From assembly GCA_049509215.1 (NCBI GenBank), contig JBELAC010000001.1, forward strand, positions 1-63,022: DNA of 63,022 nt, read 5' to 3'. The notes under the pieces were generated by a model. That model was not told where the DNA came from, made no database searches, and saw nothing but the letters and a program-made list of their open reading frames with translations. This DNA comes from Terriglobales bacterium. Lineage in GTDB: Bacteria > Acidobacteriota > Terriglobia > Terriglobales > Acidobacteriaceae. Shown one piece after another: positions 1-9,157 of the stretch (position 1 is the stretch's first letter; each line of letters begins with the position of its first letter). Made by a program: the position numbers and the translations under genes.

Positions 1-110
1 TGACGAGCGAAGTAGCCGACGGAGCGCAGGCGCGCATTCTGGAAGAAGTGCGCAACGGAGTACCGACGCGGATGGCGATCCTGGCGCGGGCTATGGGGAA
101 GATGCGATGA
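1..110 (+). CDS. pyrB: aspartate carbamoyltransferase, 3' end (partial, enters from left edge)
   Basis: Frame 3 reads TSEVADGAQARILEEVRNGVPTRMAILARAMGKMR* with TGA at 108-110. The V.NGV..RMA.L tail resembles the PyrB C-terminus, and pyrC lies downstream. Confidence 0.7.
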   Translation, partial: TSEVADGAQARILEEVRNGVPTRMAILARAMGKMR

Positions 111-583
111 GCGCAACTTCTTCTCCACGGATTTGCGCGGATGCTCGCGGATTAATGCACTCAGAACTAACTGAGAAGATCATCGGCATCTTTTGCGACG
201 TTTATAACGAGTTAGGGCATGGGTTTCTGGAGTCGGTGTATGAGCAGGCATTGGGGGTCGCCTTCGCGGAGCATCAGGTCTTCTTCCAACGGCAAGTCGG
301 AGTCCCCGTTTGGTTTCGCGGGCAACAGGTCGGGGATTTTCGAGCCGATATTCTTGTCGACAATAAAGTCATCGTTGAACTGAAAGCTGGACGCGCAATT
401 GAGGCCGCATGGGAGAAGCAGCTTTTGAATTATCTGCGCGCAACTGAAATAGAGGTCGGCCGACTGCTGAATTTCGGACCAGATGCACAGTTTCATCGTC
501 TCGTGTATGACAATGAAAGAAAAAAGATCCGCGTTGATCCGCGTCAATCCGTGGATAAGAGGTCGGCAAAGAGCGCGATATGA
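107..583 (+). CDS. GxxExxY-family protein (PD-(D/E)XK nuclease-like superfamily)
   Basis: Contains ELTEKIIG..VYNELGHGFLESVYEQAL and DILVDNKVIVELKA...QLLNYLRATEIEVGRLLNFG, typical of the GxxExxY family. ATG 107 overlaps the pyrB stop. The family-typical start is probably M17 (ATG 155). Confidence 0.85.
   Translation: MSATSSPRICADARGLMHSELTEKIIGIFCDVYNELGHGFLESVYEQALGVAFAEHQVFFQRQVGVPVWFRGQQVGDFRADILVDNKVIVELKAGRAIEAAWEKQLLNYLRATEIEVGRLLNFGPDAQFHRLVYDNERKKIRVDPRQSVDKRSAKSAI
526..555 (+). repeat. three tandem 10-mers GATCCGCGTT / GATCCGCGTC / AATCCGTGGA inside the 3' end of the GxxExxY ORF
   Basis: Read directly from the sequence. Encodes the tail KIRVDPRQSVDK. Confidence 0.8.
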
Positions 584-1875
584 CTCGAAACACATCCAGC
601 CTGCTGATTCATGGCGGCCATCTCATTGACCCCGCGGCTCGCATCGACGCGCCCATGGACGTTCTGCTGAAAGATGGCCGCGTCGCGGAAGTTGCGCCTC
701 CGCACAAGATCAAAGGTGCGGATCACAAGTTCGATGCCCGGGGACTCATCGTTGCGCCCGGCTTCATCGATCTGCACGTGCATCTGCGCGAGCCCGGCCA
801 AGCACACAAAGAGACAATCGCAACCGGAACTGCAGCGGCGGCGGCCGGGGGATTTACCTCGGTCTGCGCCATGCCCAACACGAGTCCGATCGTAGACTCC
901 GCCGATTGGGTCAAGTGGATGCGGCTCCCCGAGCGAGGAGCCGTTGTTAATGTCTTTCCGATTGCCGCCGCCACGCGAGCGAGCAAGGGAACAGTGCTTA
1001 CCGATTTCGGCGCGCTGCAAACGGCCGGCGCCATCGCTGTGACCGACGATGGCAAGCCGATTCTCGATGACACGGTCATGCGCGAAGCGCTCATCCTCGG
1101 CGGAGAACTGAATTTTGCAGTCGTGCAGCACGCCGAAGATACGCGTATGACCGAGAATTGCTCGATGCATGCGGGAGCGCGATCGTTCCGCCTCGGTCTG
1201 CGCGGCATGACCGCAGCTGCTGAAGCTTCTGTCGTTGAACGGGACGTGCAATTGGCAACGACAATTCCAAACGCGCGGTTGCACGTTGCGCATCTTTCAA
1301 CCTCCGACGCGCTCAAGGCGGTTCGCCGCGGAAAGCGCGCGAAAGCACGTGTCACGTTCGAGGTCACACCCCACCATTTCACGCTGACTGACGCGGACAT
1401 GCCCGACTATGACAGCAACTACAAGATGAATCCGCCGCTGCGCTCGGCTTCCGATCTCGAAGCGATTCTGGTTGCACTGGCCGACGGCACGGTGGACGCG
1501 ATTGCCACCGATCACGCTCCCCATGCGGCGCACGAAAAAGAGATGGAATTCGAGCGCGCCGCTTTCGGCATCACCGGACTCGAAACGGCGCTCGCACTCG
1601 CAATCACGCGATTGCACGTGGGCAAGCGAATTTCACTGGCACGCATTGTGGAACTATTCACGGCTGGCCCAGCGCGCTGCTTCGACCTGCGCGGACGCGG
1701 TTCGCTGGTGCGCGGCTCCTATGCGGATGTCACGGTATTCGACCCGAAAAAGAAGTGGACCTTCGAAGCGTCCAAGTCGCGCTCAAAGTCAAAGAACACG
1801 CCTTTCAATGGCTGGCCGCTGACCGGCAAAGTGGTAGCAACGATCGTCAGCGGGACGGTCGTTTATTCGGGCTGA
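580..1875 (+). CDS. pyrC: dihydroorotase
   Basis: 431 aa with GFIDLHVHLREPG metal-binding motif, DDG, a DHAPH-type C-terminal motif, and pyrB context. ATGA overlap with the upstream ORF. Confidence 0.95.
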   Translation: MTRNTSSLLIHGGHLIDPAARIDAPMDVLLKDGRVAEVAPPHKIKGADHKFDARGLIVAPGFIDLHVHLREPGQAHKETIATGTAAAAAGGFTSVCAMPNTSPIVDSADWVKWMRLPERGAVVNVFPIAAATRASKGTVLTDFGALQTAGAIAVTDDGKPILDDTVMREALILGGELNFAVVQHAEDTRMTENCSMHAGARSFRLGLRGMTAAAEASVVERDVQLATTIPNARLHVAHLSTSDALKAVRRGKRAKARVTFEVTPHHFTLTDADMPDYDSNYKMNPPLRSASDLEAILVALADGTVDAIATDHAPHAAHEKEMEFERAAFGITGLETALALAITRLHVGKRISLARIVELFTAGPARCFDLRGRGSLVRGSYADVTVFDPKKKWTFEASKSRSKSKNTPFNGWPLTGKVVATIVSGTVVYSG

Positions 1876-1909
1876 GTGCCGCGCCCAACCCGGTGCTACA
1901 ATCCCCGCC

Positions 1910-2602
1910 ATGAAGCGCGTTCTTTGCCTCTTCTTCCTGTTGATCCCGCTGCTGGCCGCGCAGACTGCGACCGAAGTCGAGATCACCTCCGAACCTTCGC
2001 ATCACCTGGCGATCGAAAATGAATATGTGCGTGTGTTTCGGGTCGAGGTTGCGCCGCATGCGCCGACGCTGATGCACCGGCACCGGCATGACTATGTGTA
2101 CGTCACGCTAGGAAGCGCTCGCATTTCGAATGAAGTCGAAGGCAAGGCTCCGGTGGAAGTGAAACTTGCCGTCGGAGAAACCCGTTTTACACCGGGGAAT
2201 TTCGCTCATATTGCGAGGAATCTTTCCGACACTCCGTTTCGCAACGTGACGATCGAATTGCTTCAGGATGAAAAGGGCCGGACCGAACCTTCGCACTGGC
2301 CACAGGAAACCGGCGAGACGACATTTCCCGGCGTTAGCAGCAAGATCCTTTTTGTGAAAGACGGTGTGCGTGTATCCGAAGTGAACCTTGATCCGGGAGC
2401 GACCGTCCCCAGCCATCATCATGAGGGGCCGCATTTGCTAGTCGCGGTCAGCGATCTTGAACTGCGCAGCGAAGTGGAGGGAAGAGGGCCAGTGTCGGCA
2501 AAGTTCAAATCCGGCGACGTCAAATGGATTCTCGGAGGCTACACACATACACTGACGAACACGGGGAGTCGAACGGCTCGATTTGTCACGCTGGAATTCT
2601 AG
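1910..2602 (+). CDS. secreted bicupin-domain protein
   Basis: N-terminal signal-like MKRVLCLFFLLIPLLAAQ. Two His-rich cupin motifs (HRHRHDYVYV and HHHEGPHLLVAV). Confidence 0.7.
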   Translation: MKRVLCLFFLLIPLLAAQTATEVEITSEPSHHLAIENEYVRVFRVEVAPHAPTLMHRHRHDYVYVTLGSARISNEVEGKAPVEVKLAVGETRFTPGNFAHIARNLSDTPFRNVTIELLQDEKGRTEPSHWPQETGETTFPGVSSKILFVKDGVRVSEVNLDPGATVPSHHHEGPHLLVAVSDLELRSEVEGRGPVSAKFKSGDVKWILGGYTHTLTNTGSRTARFVTLEF

Positions 2603-2608
2603 AGGCAG

Positions 2609-2663
2609 GTCTGAGTTCTCAGTTCTCAGTCTCGGCAAAAAAATTCTGGTTCTGAGTTCTGGC
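2609..2663. repeat. 7-nt periodic low-complexity tract (TTCTSAG-like units) split by an A7 run
   Basis: gtctgag ttctcag ttctcag tctcggc aaaaaaa ttctggt tctgagt tctggct, read directly. Confidence 0.7.
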
Positions 2664-2690
2664 TCAAGCACCGAACCGGGCGTCCGGGCG

Positions 2691-2882
2691 TCAGAGTTTT
2701 TCTGGCCGGTAGCCGTCACAGGCCAATACTGGCAAGCGCGGGTATTTCGCAAAGCGCGGATCGGTAAGTGATAGCTCGCACCGATAGAAAACCGAGCCGC
2801 GGTCGGACTCGACCCGGCGAGCGTGCTGACATTTCCCGCAAAGTCCTGGATCGGGGAAGTTTGGGGCATTTTTACGGGGCAT
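2691..2882 (-). CDS. small Cys-rich hypothetical protein (CxxC...C...C)
   Basis: 63-aa ORF MPRKNAPNFPDPGLCGKCQH...YRCEL...LACDGY with four Cys. No clear SD, so the coding status is not certain. Confidence 0.4.
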   Translation of the reverse strand: MPRKNAPNFPDPGLCGKCQHARRVESDRGSVFYRCELSLTDPRFAKYPRLPVLACDGYRPEKL

Positions 2883-3024
2883 GAATTGCTGATTCTACCC
2901 TTTCCAGCCCCGGCTGCTTAACGTCGCAAACACGCGACGTTAGGGCGGGGCACTCTCAAAGGATCCGCAGGACACCGTCAGCTTCTCCGGCCTGCACGTG
3001 CGCGTTACAATCAGACACAGGTAA

Positions 3025-4320
3025 ATGCTCATGAAAAACAACGCTATGTCTCGTCCACTCTATGAAGTTGATCCGCAGATTGCGGCTGCTATTAGCAATG
3101 AGGAGCGCCGCCAGCATGAGGGCCTCGAACTGATTGCCTCTGAAAATTTTGTCAGCGAAGCGGTGCTCGAGGCTGCCGGATCGGTGTTCACGAACAAGTA
3201 TGCCGAGGGCTATCCGGGAAAGCGCTACTACGGTGGGTGCGAATTTACCGATGTGGTCGAGGAGTTAGCTCGCGAGCGGGCGAAGAAATTGTTTGGCGCC
3301 GAACATGCCAACGTACAGCCGCATTCGGGATCGTCGGCGAACCAGGAAGCCTACGCGGCCGTCCTGCAGCCGGGAGATACCATTCTTGGCCTAAACCTGG
3401 CGCATGGCGGGCATTTGACGCATGGGCATCATCTGAATTTTTCCGGCAAGACCTACAAGATCGTTCCCTATGGCGTAACCAAGGAAACCGAGACGATCGA
3501 CTACGACGAACTGGAAAAGCTCGCGGTGCAAGAACGGCCGAAGCTGATCATTGGTGGGGGGAGTGCCTATCCCCGAATTATCGACTTCGCGCGCATGCGC
3601 CAGATTGCGGATAAAGTCGGCGCTCTCTACCTGGTCGACATGGCTCACTTCGCTGGACTGGTCGCTGGAGGAGCGCATCCTTCGCCCGTGCCGCACGCGC
3701 ACATCGTGACCTCAACCACGCATAAGACGCTGCGCGGGCCGCGATCGGGGATGATCCTGAGCAAACAGGAATTCGCAGCGCCCATTGACAAAGTCGTATT
3801 TCCTGGATTGCAGGGTGGCCCGCTCGTGCACATCATGGCAGCGAAAGCAGTGTGCTTCCTGGAGGCTTCACAGCCCAGCTTCAAGGATTACGCGCGTCAG
3901 ATCGTTTCGAACGCCAAAGTGCTGGCGGAGACGCTGGCGGCCGAGGGCTTCCGGATCGTCTCCGGCGGCACGGACACGCACCTCATGCTGGTGGACGTGT
4001 TCGCCAAGGGCATGCTGGGCAGCGAAGCCGAGAAAGCGCTGGGCGAAGCGGCGATCACCGTCAACAAGAACGCGATCCCCTTCGACACGAATCCTCCGAT
4101 GAGGCCAAGCGGGATTCGGATCGGGACTCCGGCATTGACTACCCGCGGAATGAAAGAACCCGAGATGCGGCAGATCGGGCATTGGATTGCGGAAGCTCTG
4201 CAGCATCGGACAGACTCAGTGACACTGGGGAAAATACGCAAGCATGTGCTGGCGCTGTCAGAAGAATTTCCGCTGTATGCGGAACGGCGCGCACGGGCGC
4301 AGGCGGAAGTAAGGGCGTAA
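3025..4320 (+). CDS. glyA: serine hydroxymethyltransferase
   Basis: Contains [21 protein letters not shown] and the [15 protein letters not shown]-lysine motif. 431 aa; the start could be one of the nearby downstream Met codons. Confidence 0.97.
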   Translation: MLMKNNAMSRPLYEVDPQIAAAISNEERRQHEGLELIASENFVSEAVLEAAGSVFTNKYAEGYPGKRYYGGCEFTDVVEELARERAKKLFGAEHANVQPHSGSSANQEAYAAVLQPGDTILGLNLAHGGHLTHGHHLNFSGKTYKIVPYGVTKETETIDYDELEKLAVQERPKLIIGGGSAYPRIIDFARMRQIADKVGALYLVDMAHFAGLVAGGAHPSPVPHAHIVTSTTHKTLRGPRSGMILSKQEFAAPIDKVVFPGLQGGPLVHIMAAKAVCFLEASQPSFKDYARQIVSNAKVLAETLAAEGFRIVSGGTDTHLMLVDVFAKGMLGSEAEKALGEAAITVNKNAIPFDTNPPMRPSGIRIGTPALTTRGMKEPEMRQIGHWIAEALQHRTDSVTLGKIRKHVLALSEEFPLYAERRARAQAEVRA

Positions 4321-4465
4321 CCGGTCGGCGAACTCAATCGGCCATCTATGAGATCGACAGCGATCCCGGCGAGATTCGTAGGAACGAATTACAGCCGGAC
4401 ATCTAGGGACTCCTCCTCATGAATTTACTGTGCCCTTCTGTGTTCCTTATGGTTAAATTCTCCTC

Positions 4466-5626
4466 GTGAAGGTTGCCATCGACATCCGTCGCATGACGGA
4501 ATTCGGGGTTGGCACATACATCCGCAACGTGGTCCGGACACTCGCGCAACTGGACCGCGAGAACAAGTATTTCCTGATCGGATCGCCCGCGAAGATGTCG
4601 GAATTCGGGCCGCTGCCGGGGAACTTCCACTCCGTGCCATTAGCGGAACCCGATCACACGTTTTCCGGATATGTCGATTTCCGCGCCGCGGTGCGCCGGT
4701 TGCAGTTCGATGTCGTGCATATTCCCCACCTATTCTGGATGCCGCGCGGGTTGGGGTGTCCCTACGTTTTGACCGTGCACGATCTGCTGGAGCACATGTA
4801 TGGATCGCGGAATCTATCCAGTTTGCGGCGGAGTTTGCATTTTTATCTGACGCGGCGCGTGCTGCGCGGGTCGGCGCGGGTGATGGCCGTATCGCAATTC
4901 ACAAAAAACGAAATTCATAAGTTACTGGCCATTCCCGACGAGCGTATCGAAGTCGTGTACAACGCGATCGACGAGCGTTTTCTGCGTGGCCATGCCAGCG
5001 ACGCGGACCGCGCCTTGATCGCGCAGCGTTATCAGGTGAACTATCCCTTCCTGTTGTATGCAGGCGCAATCCGTCCCCATAAGAATGTGGTGCGCATTAT
5101 CGAGGCTTTCTCGGCGCTCAAGAGCGAACTGGCCAAGGAGGGACGGTTCGAAGATTTGAAACTGATCATCATCGGCGACGACATGTCGAATAATCCTCGC
5201 CTGCGGCGCACGGTGGTGAGCGGCGGCGTGCAGAATGATGTGCGCTTCCTGGGATTTGTGCCCATTGAAGTGCTGCGCATTTTCTACGATGTAGCCAAGA
5301 TTTTTGTGTTCCCGTCATTGTATGAGGGCTTCGGGCTGCCGCCACTGGAGGCCATGGCCCATGGGACGCCGGTGGTGACGTCGAACACTTCGAGTTTGCC
5401 CGAAGTGGTGGGCAACGCGGCGTTGATGGTGAATCCGGAGAATGTGTTCGAGATACGACGAGCTTTGCACAAGGCGTTGCTCGACCCGACAACTCGCGAA
5501 CGGATGAAACAGCGCGGATATGAGCAGGCACAACGATTTTCGTGGGAGATCTCCGTGTCGAGAATTCTGGAAATTTATCGCGAAGTGGCCGGCGCGCGGG
5601 TTGCCAGGACGGCAGCGGCGGACTAG
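4466..5626 (+). CDS. glycosyltransferase family 4 (GT-B, RfaG-like)
   Basis: GTG start giving MKVAIDIRR. The C-terminal FVFPSLYEGFGLPPLEAMAHGTPVV motif is typical of GT4. Confidence 0.85.
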   Translation: MKVAIDIRRMTEFGVGTYIRNVVRTLAQLDRENKYFLIGSPAKMSEFGPLPGNFHSVPLAEPDHTFSGYVDFRAAVRRLQFDVVHIPHLFWMPRGLGCPYVLTVHDLLEHMYGSRNLSSLRRSLHFYLTRRVLRGSARVMAVSQFTKNEIHKLLAIPDERIEVVYNAIDERFLRGHASDADRALIAQRYQVNYPFLLYAGAIRPHKNVVRIIEAFSALKSELAKEGRFEDLKLIIIGDDMSNNPRLRRTVVSGGVQNDVRFLGFVPIEVLRIFYDVAKIFVFPSLYEGFGLPPLEAMAHGTPVVTSNTSSLPEVVGNAALMVNPENVFEIRRALHKALLDPTTRERMKQRGYEQAQRFSWEISVSRILEIYREVAGARVARTAAAD

Positions 5627-5961
5627 ATTTTGGCATCTGAGAGTTTGTCGACGAAAATGGCGGAGAAATGTCGGCGGTGCGGTTAAAACTCGATGTCGCT
5701 GGGACCGTTGGCGATGAGGCGTGGCGCAACCTCAAGCAGTTCGATCAGATCGAGAGTGCCGCATTTGGCCCCCAGTTCGGTTCTAGCGGTACGTGCAGGC
5801 ACTCGGCGAACACACCTCACGGAAAGGGTGAATGGATCGGCGCTGAAATTCGCCTTCAGACTCCCCTCCTGGCCCAGTATGCGGTTTCGCATTATCTGGA
5901 ACAGGAACGAGTGCTGGACGCGGATGTGGTGGAGTAGCGGCGGAGCGGCCCGCTCTCCAAT

Positions 5962-7857
5962 ATGATGAATTGTTCGCGAATGAATTCTGCAGCGACTCTC
6001 GAGGAAGAACCGATGCCGGCCGTGCCGGCTGGCCAACCAAACCGCTTGTTTGCGGACTGGCGGATTCTTGCGCTCGTGCTGGTCGCGCTCTGGTTGGCAA
6101 TTTATATGGTTGGCCTGTCTCATCCGGCGCTGCTCGATGACGCAGACACGGTGCACGCCGAGGCAGCGCGCGAAATGCTGCAGCGCCACGACTGGGTCAC
6201 ACTCTATGTAAACGGCGCGCGCTATCTGGAAAAAGCTCCATTGATGTATTGGAGCGTCGCGATCAGCTACAAAGTATTCGGCATCAGCGAGTGGAGCACG
6301 CGGTTTCCTCTGATGCTCGGTGTGCTGGCGATGATTCTGGCCACGTACGGAATGGGCCGGTGGGCTTTTGGCAGCGAAGGCGGATTGGACGCGGGCCTGG
6401 TGCTGGCCACAGCGCTCGGTCCGTTTCTGTTCACCCGATTTTTAATCCCAGACGTGTTAGTCGGATTGTGGTTGACGCTCACTTTCTGGCTCTTCCTGGA
6501 ATCTCTGGAACAGCCGAAGCCCTCGCGCGCCATTTGCTGGGGACTGGCAGCCGTCTGCGCGCTCAACGTACTCACCAAAGGGCTGATCGGTCTGGTATTT
6601 CCGGCGGGAGCGATTGGACTTTACCTGCTGTTGACGGGAACTCTGCGGCATTTTTTCCGGCTGCGGCTGATCTCGAGCACACTCGTTTTTCTGGCCATCG
6701 CTGCTCCCTGGCACATTCTGGCAGAACTGCGCAATCCGGCGCAGGGCCACGTGCGCGGATTCCTGTGGTTTTATTTCGTGAATGAGCACATCCGGCGGTT
6801 CCTGGGAACGCGCATGCCGCACGACTATGACACGGTTCCTTTACTTTTGTTTTGGGCATTGCTGGTTTTGTGGCTGATTCCATGGACGGTATTTCTTCCG
6901 CAGGCTCTGCGGGAAGTGCCGCGGCGCTGGCGGGAGTTTCGCGGGCAGATGACAAGGCGGCAGCGCGCATGTTTGCTGTTTTTCCTGTGGAGCATCGTGA
7001 TCGTTGGCTTCTTCAGTTTTTCGACGCGGCAGGAATACTACACAATTCCGGCAATCCCCGGGATGGCGCTGCTGGTCGGAGGATGGTTGCAGCGGGAAAG
7101 AGCGTCTGCGCAGGGTAGCCGGGAAAGGCGTGCTGGAAGAATCTCATCCGGAATATTGATGGTGGTAGGGATCATCATCGCAGTCGCGGGGTTTGCCCTG
7201 CTTTTGTTCTCGAAGACGCCCGCGCCCGGGACGGACCTTTCCGATCTGCTCAGGAAAAACCCGCAGGACTATGCGCTCTCATTTGGCCACTTTCTGGATC
7301 TGACGCCGCAAGCGATGGGAGCATTCCGATTACCACTGTTCCTTTTCTCGCTGGCATTTCTGGTCGGCACACCGGTGAACTGGTGGCTTCGCCACCGCGG
7401 ACCCGCCGGCGCGGCGAACGGTGCGCTGGTGCTGATGATGGTGGTCGTACTGTCGTGCGTGCGAATCGCTTTCGGAATTTTCTCTCCCATCATTTCGTCA
7501 AAAGACCTGGCGATGGCGATTCAGGCGCAGTATCGCCCGGGAGATCAGGTCATAGCGACCGGCCTTTATGAAAATGCGTCTACCCTGAATTTTTACGGCG
7601 GCTTCCCTCTCCGCAGCTTGCATACGCCCGGCGGAAATATGTGGTACGGCGCGCAATTTCCGGATGCGCCGCGCATTTGGGAGACACAAGACTCTTTTGT
7701 GCGCTTGTGGAATCGCCCGGGGCGCGTGTTCTTGTGGACAGATCAGGATGATCCGGCGGCATTGAAGGGATTGACGAGTTATGTAATCGCGCAGCGCGGC
7801 GGGAAGACGATTTATTCGAACCGGCCCAATACCGTGCTTGGAAATCAAAAACAATAG
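5962..7857 (+). CDS. glycosyltransferase family 39 (ArnT/PMT_2-like polytopic membrane glycosyltransferase)
   Basis: Many TM segments. N-terminal loop DDADTVHAEAAREML...YLEKAPLMYW matches the ArnT/PMT family signature. The true start may be M18 (about 6013). Confidence 0.85.
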   Translation: MMNCSRMNSAATLEEEPMPAVPAGQPNRLFADWRILALVLVALWLAIYMVGLSHPALLDDADTVHAEAAREMLQRHDWVTLYVNGARYLEKAPLMYWSVAISYKVFGISEWSTRFPLMLGVLAMILATYGMGRWAFGSEGGLDAGLVLATALGPFLFTRFLIPDVLVGLWLTLTFWLFLESLEQPKPSRAICWGLAAVCALNVLTKGLIGLVFPAGAIGLYLLLTGTLRHFFRLRLISSTLVFLAIAAPWHILAELRNPAQGHVRGFLWFYFVNEHIRRFLGTRMPHDYDTVPLLLFWALLVLWLIPWTVFLPQALREVPRRWREFRGQMTRRQRACLLFFLWSIVIVGFFSFSTRQEYYTIPAIPGMALLVGGWLQRERASAQGSRERRAGRISSGILMVVGIIIAVAGFALLLFSKTPAPGTDLSDLLRKNPQDYALSFGHFLDLTPQAMGAFRLPLFLFSLAFLVGTPVNWWLRHRGPAGAANGALVLMMVVVLSCVRIAFGIFSPIISSKDLAMAIQAQYRPGDQVIATGLYENASTLNFYGGFPLRSLHTPGGNMWYGAQFPDAPRIWETQDSFVRLWNRPGRVFLWTDQDDPAALKGLTSYVIAQRGGKTIYSNRPNTVLGNQKQ

Positions 7858-7898
7858 CCACGGGGAACACGGAGGATCACAGAGCAAACCTCGGTTTC

Positions 7899-9104
7899 TC
7901 AGTTCGAGGTTTTTGACGAAACGGACACTGCCCGCGAAACTCTCGACAGTCGTCCATTCTTCAGATAAAAATCGTCTCCGCGCCAATGAATGCGGTTCCC
8001 CAGCAGTGCAACAGCCCACACAATGGGCGCGACCAGATCGCGCAGCGGCAACAGAAAAACATTGCTCCCGGCGTACGGGTCCTGCAGCGCCGATCTCGCG
8101 GTGCGAAGGCCCACCATCAGGCGCACACTCGTAGTCAGCAAAAAGAGCGCCCACGCCCAGCCTGCTCCGCCCGAAACAATCAGCGCCGCCAATGACCACG
8201 GCAATCCGAACGTCAATGCGAGGCCGAGATAACCGAAACGTCGCGCGTCGCGGATCGTGCGCGACCAGCGCAGTTGATGCTGCCAGAATTGAGCCAGCGT
8301 ATAGTCCGGCAGAAATGTATCGACGGTCGCCGCACTCAGTTCGACACGCTTGCCCGTCGCGGCGATGCGCCGGCCCAGTTCGTAGTCGTCGGCGAGGTAG
8401 TCGACAAACGACTCGAATCCTCCGATTGCCTTCAGATCGCGGCGGCGAAATACCAAAGTCGACCCGAGTCCGAAATGCAAACCGTTCTCTAGAAATCTCG
8501 CACTCAGCACGCCGGGCACGAAGTCGGTGCTGATGCCGAGTGCTTCAAGCCGAGATCCCAGAGTCCTTGCAGGCTGTGCCCGATAAAGGCAAGTCACGAG
8601 TCCTACTCGTTCATCCGCGAGCGGCGCGACGACTTGCCGCAAGTAATCTGGTGCGACGCGAATATCGCTGTCGTTCACCAGCAGAATTTCATATCGTGCT
8701 TTGGGCAGCATTTGCGCAAGATTGCTGACTTTGATATTCGTCCCCAGCGCTCGCCCGCAGACAACCAACGTAATCGCCCGCGCAGGATATTTCGCCTGCA
8801 GCTTCCTCACAACTTCGCACGCGGGATCGGCCGGATCACCGACGCCGAAGATCAGTTCGAACTCCGCATACTCCTGCTCGCAGTGACTGCAGAAACTCTC
8901 CCATATTTCAGGGTCAACGCCTTTCAACGGCTTCAGGATCGACACCGGCGGAACGGAATCCACAGCCTGGCTGGCCCGCAATTGCCTTCGGCGATCACGC
9001 AAAAAGCTGGCTAGCCCAATCCCCGAAAGCAAATAAAATGCCAAGCTCGCAAGCGTGGCCAGCGCAGTCACGGCTTCCAGGACGGCTCTTGGGGTAACGT
9101 GCAT
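7899..9104 (-). CDS. GT2/GT21-type glycosyltransferase (ceramide glucosyltransferase / HpnI-like)
   Basis: N-terminal TM segment, PVSILKPLKG, a DSD acidic motif and a QHQLRWSRT (Q/RxxRW-type) motif, followed by C-terminal TM helices. Confidence 0.7.
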   Translation of the reverse strand: MHVTPRAVLEAVTALATLASLAFYLLSGIGLASFLRDRRRQLRASQAVDSVPPVSILKPLKGVDPEIWESFCSHCEQEYAEFELIFGVGDPADPACEVVRKLQAKYPARAITLVVCGRALGTNIKVSNLAQMLPKARYEILLVNDSDIRVAPDYLRQVVAPLADERVGLVTCLYRAQPARTLGSRLEALGISTDFVPGVLSARFLENGLHFGLGSTLVFRRRDLKAIGGFESFVDYLADDYELGRRIAATGKRVELSAATVDTFLPDYTLAQFWQHQLRWSRTIRDARRFGYLGLALTFGLPWSLAALIVSGGAGWAWALFLLTTSVRLMVGLRTARSALQDPYAGSNVFLLPLRDLVAPIVWAVALLGNRIHWRGDDFYLKNGRLSRVSRAVSVSSKTSN

Positions 9105-9157
9105 TGTCCGTGCTTAGGCTACCAAAGGTTGGGCGTTCCACGCGGAAAACTGCACCG

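Noticed and set aside
2609-2663. Whether the short periodic repeats here, or the 22-mers at 13579-13639, could be a CRISPR array.
   Set aside because: The repeat units are 7 nt or only two imperfect 22-mers. There is no regular repeat-spacer architecture and there are no cas genes.
5668-5937. An 89-aa plus-strand ORF in the GT4/GT39 intergenic region.
   Set aside because: GGAG sits only 2 nt from the ATG. The product has no recognisable motif or hydrophobic pattern and could equally be a 5' leader of the GT39 gene. It is left unannotated.
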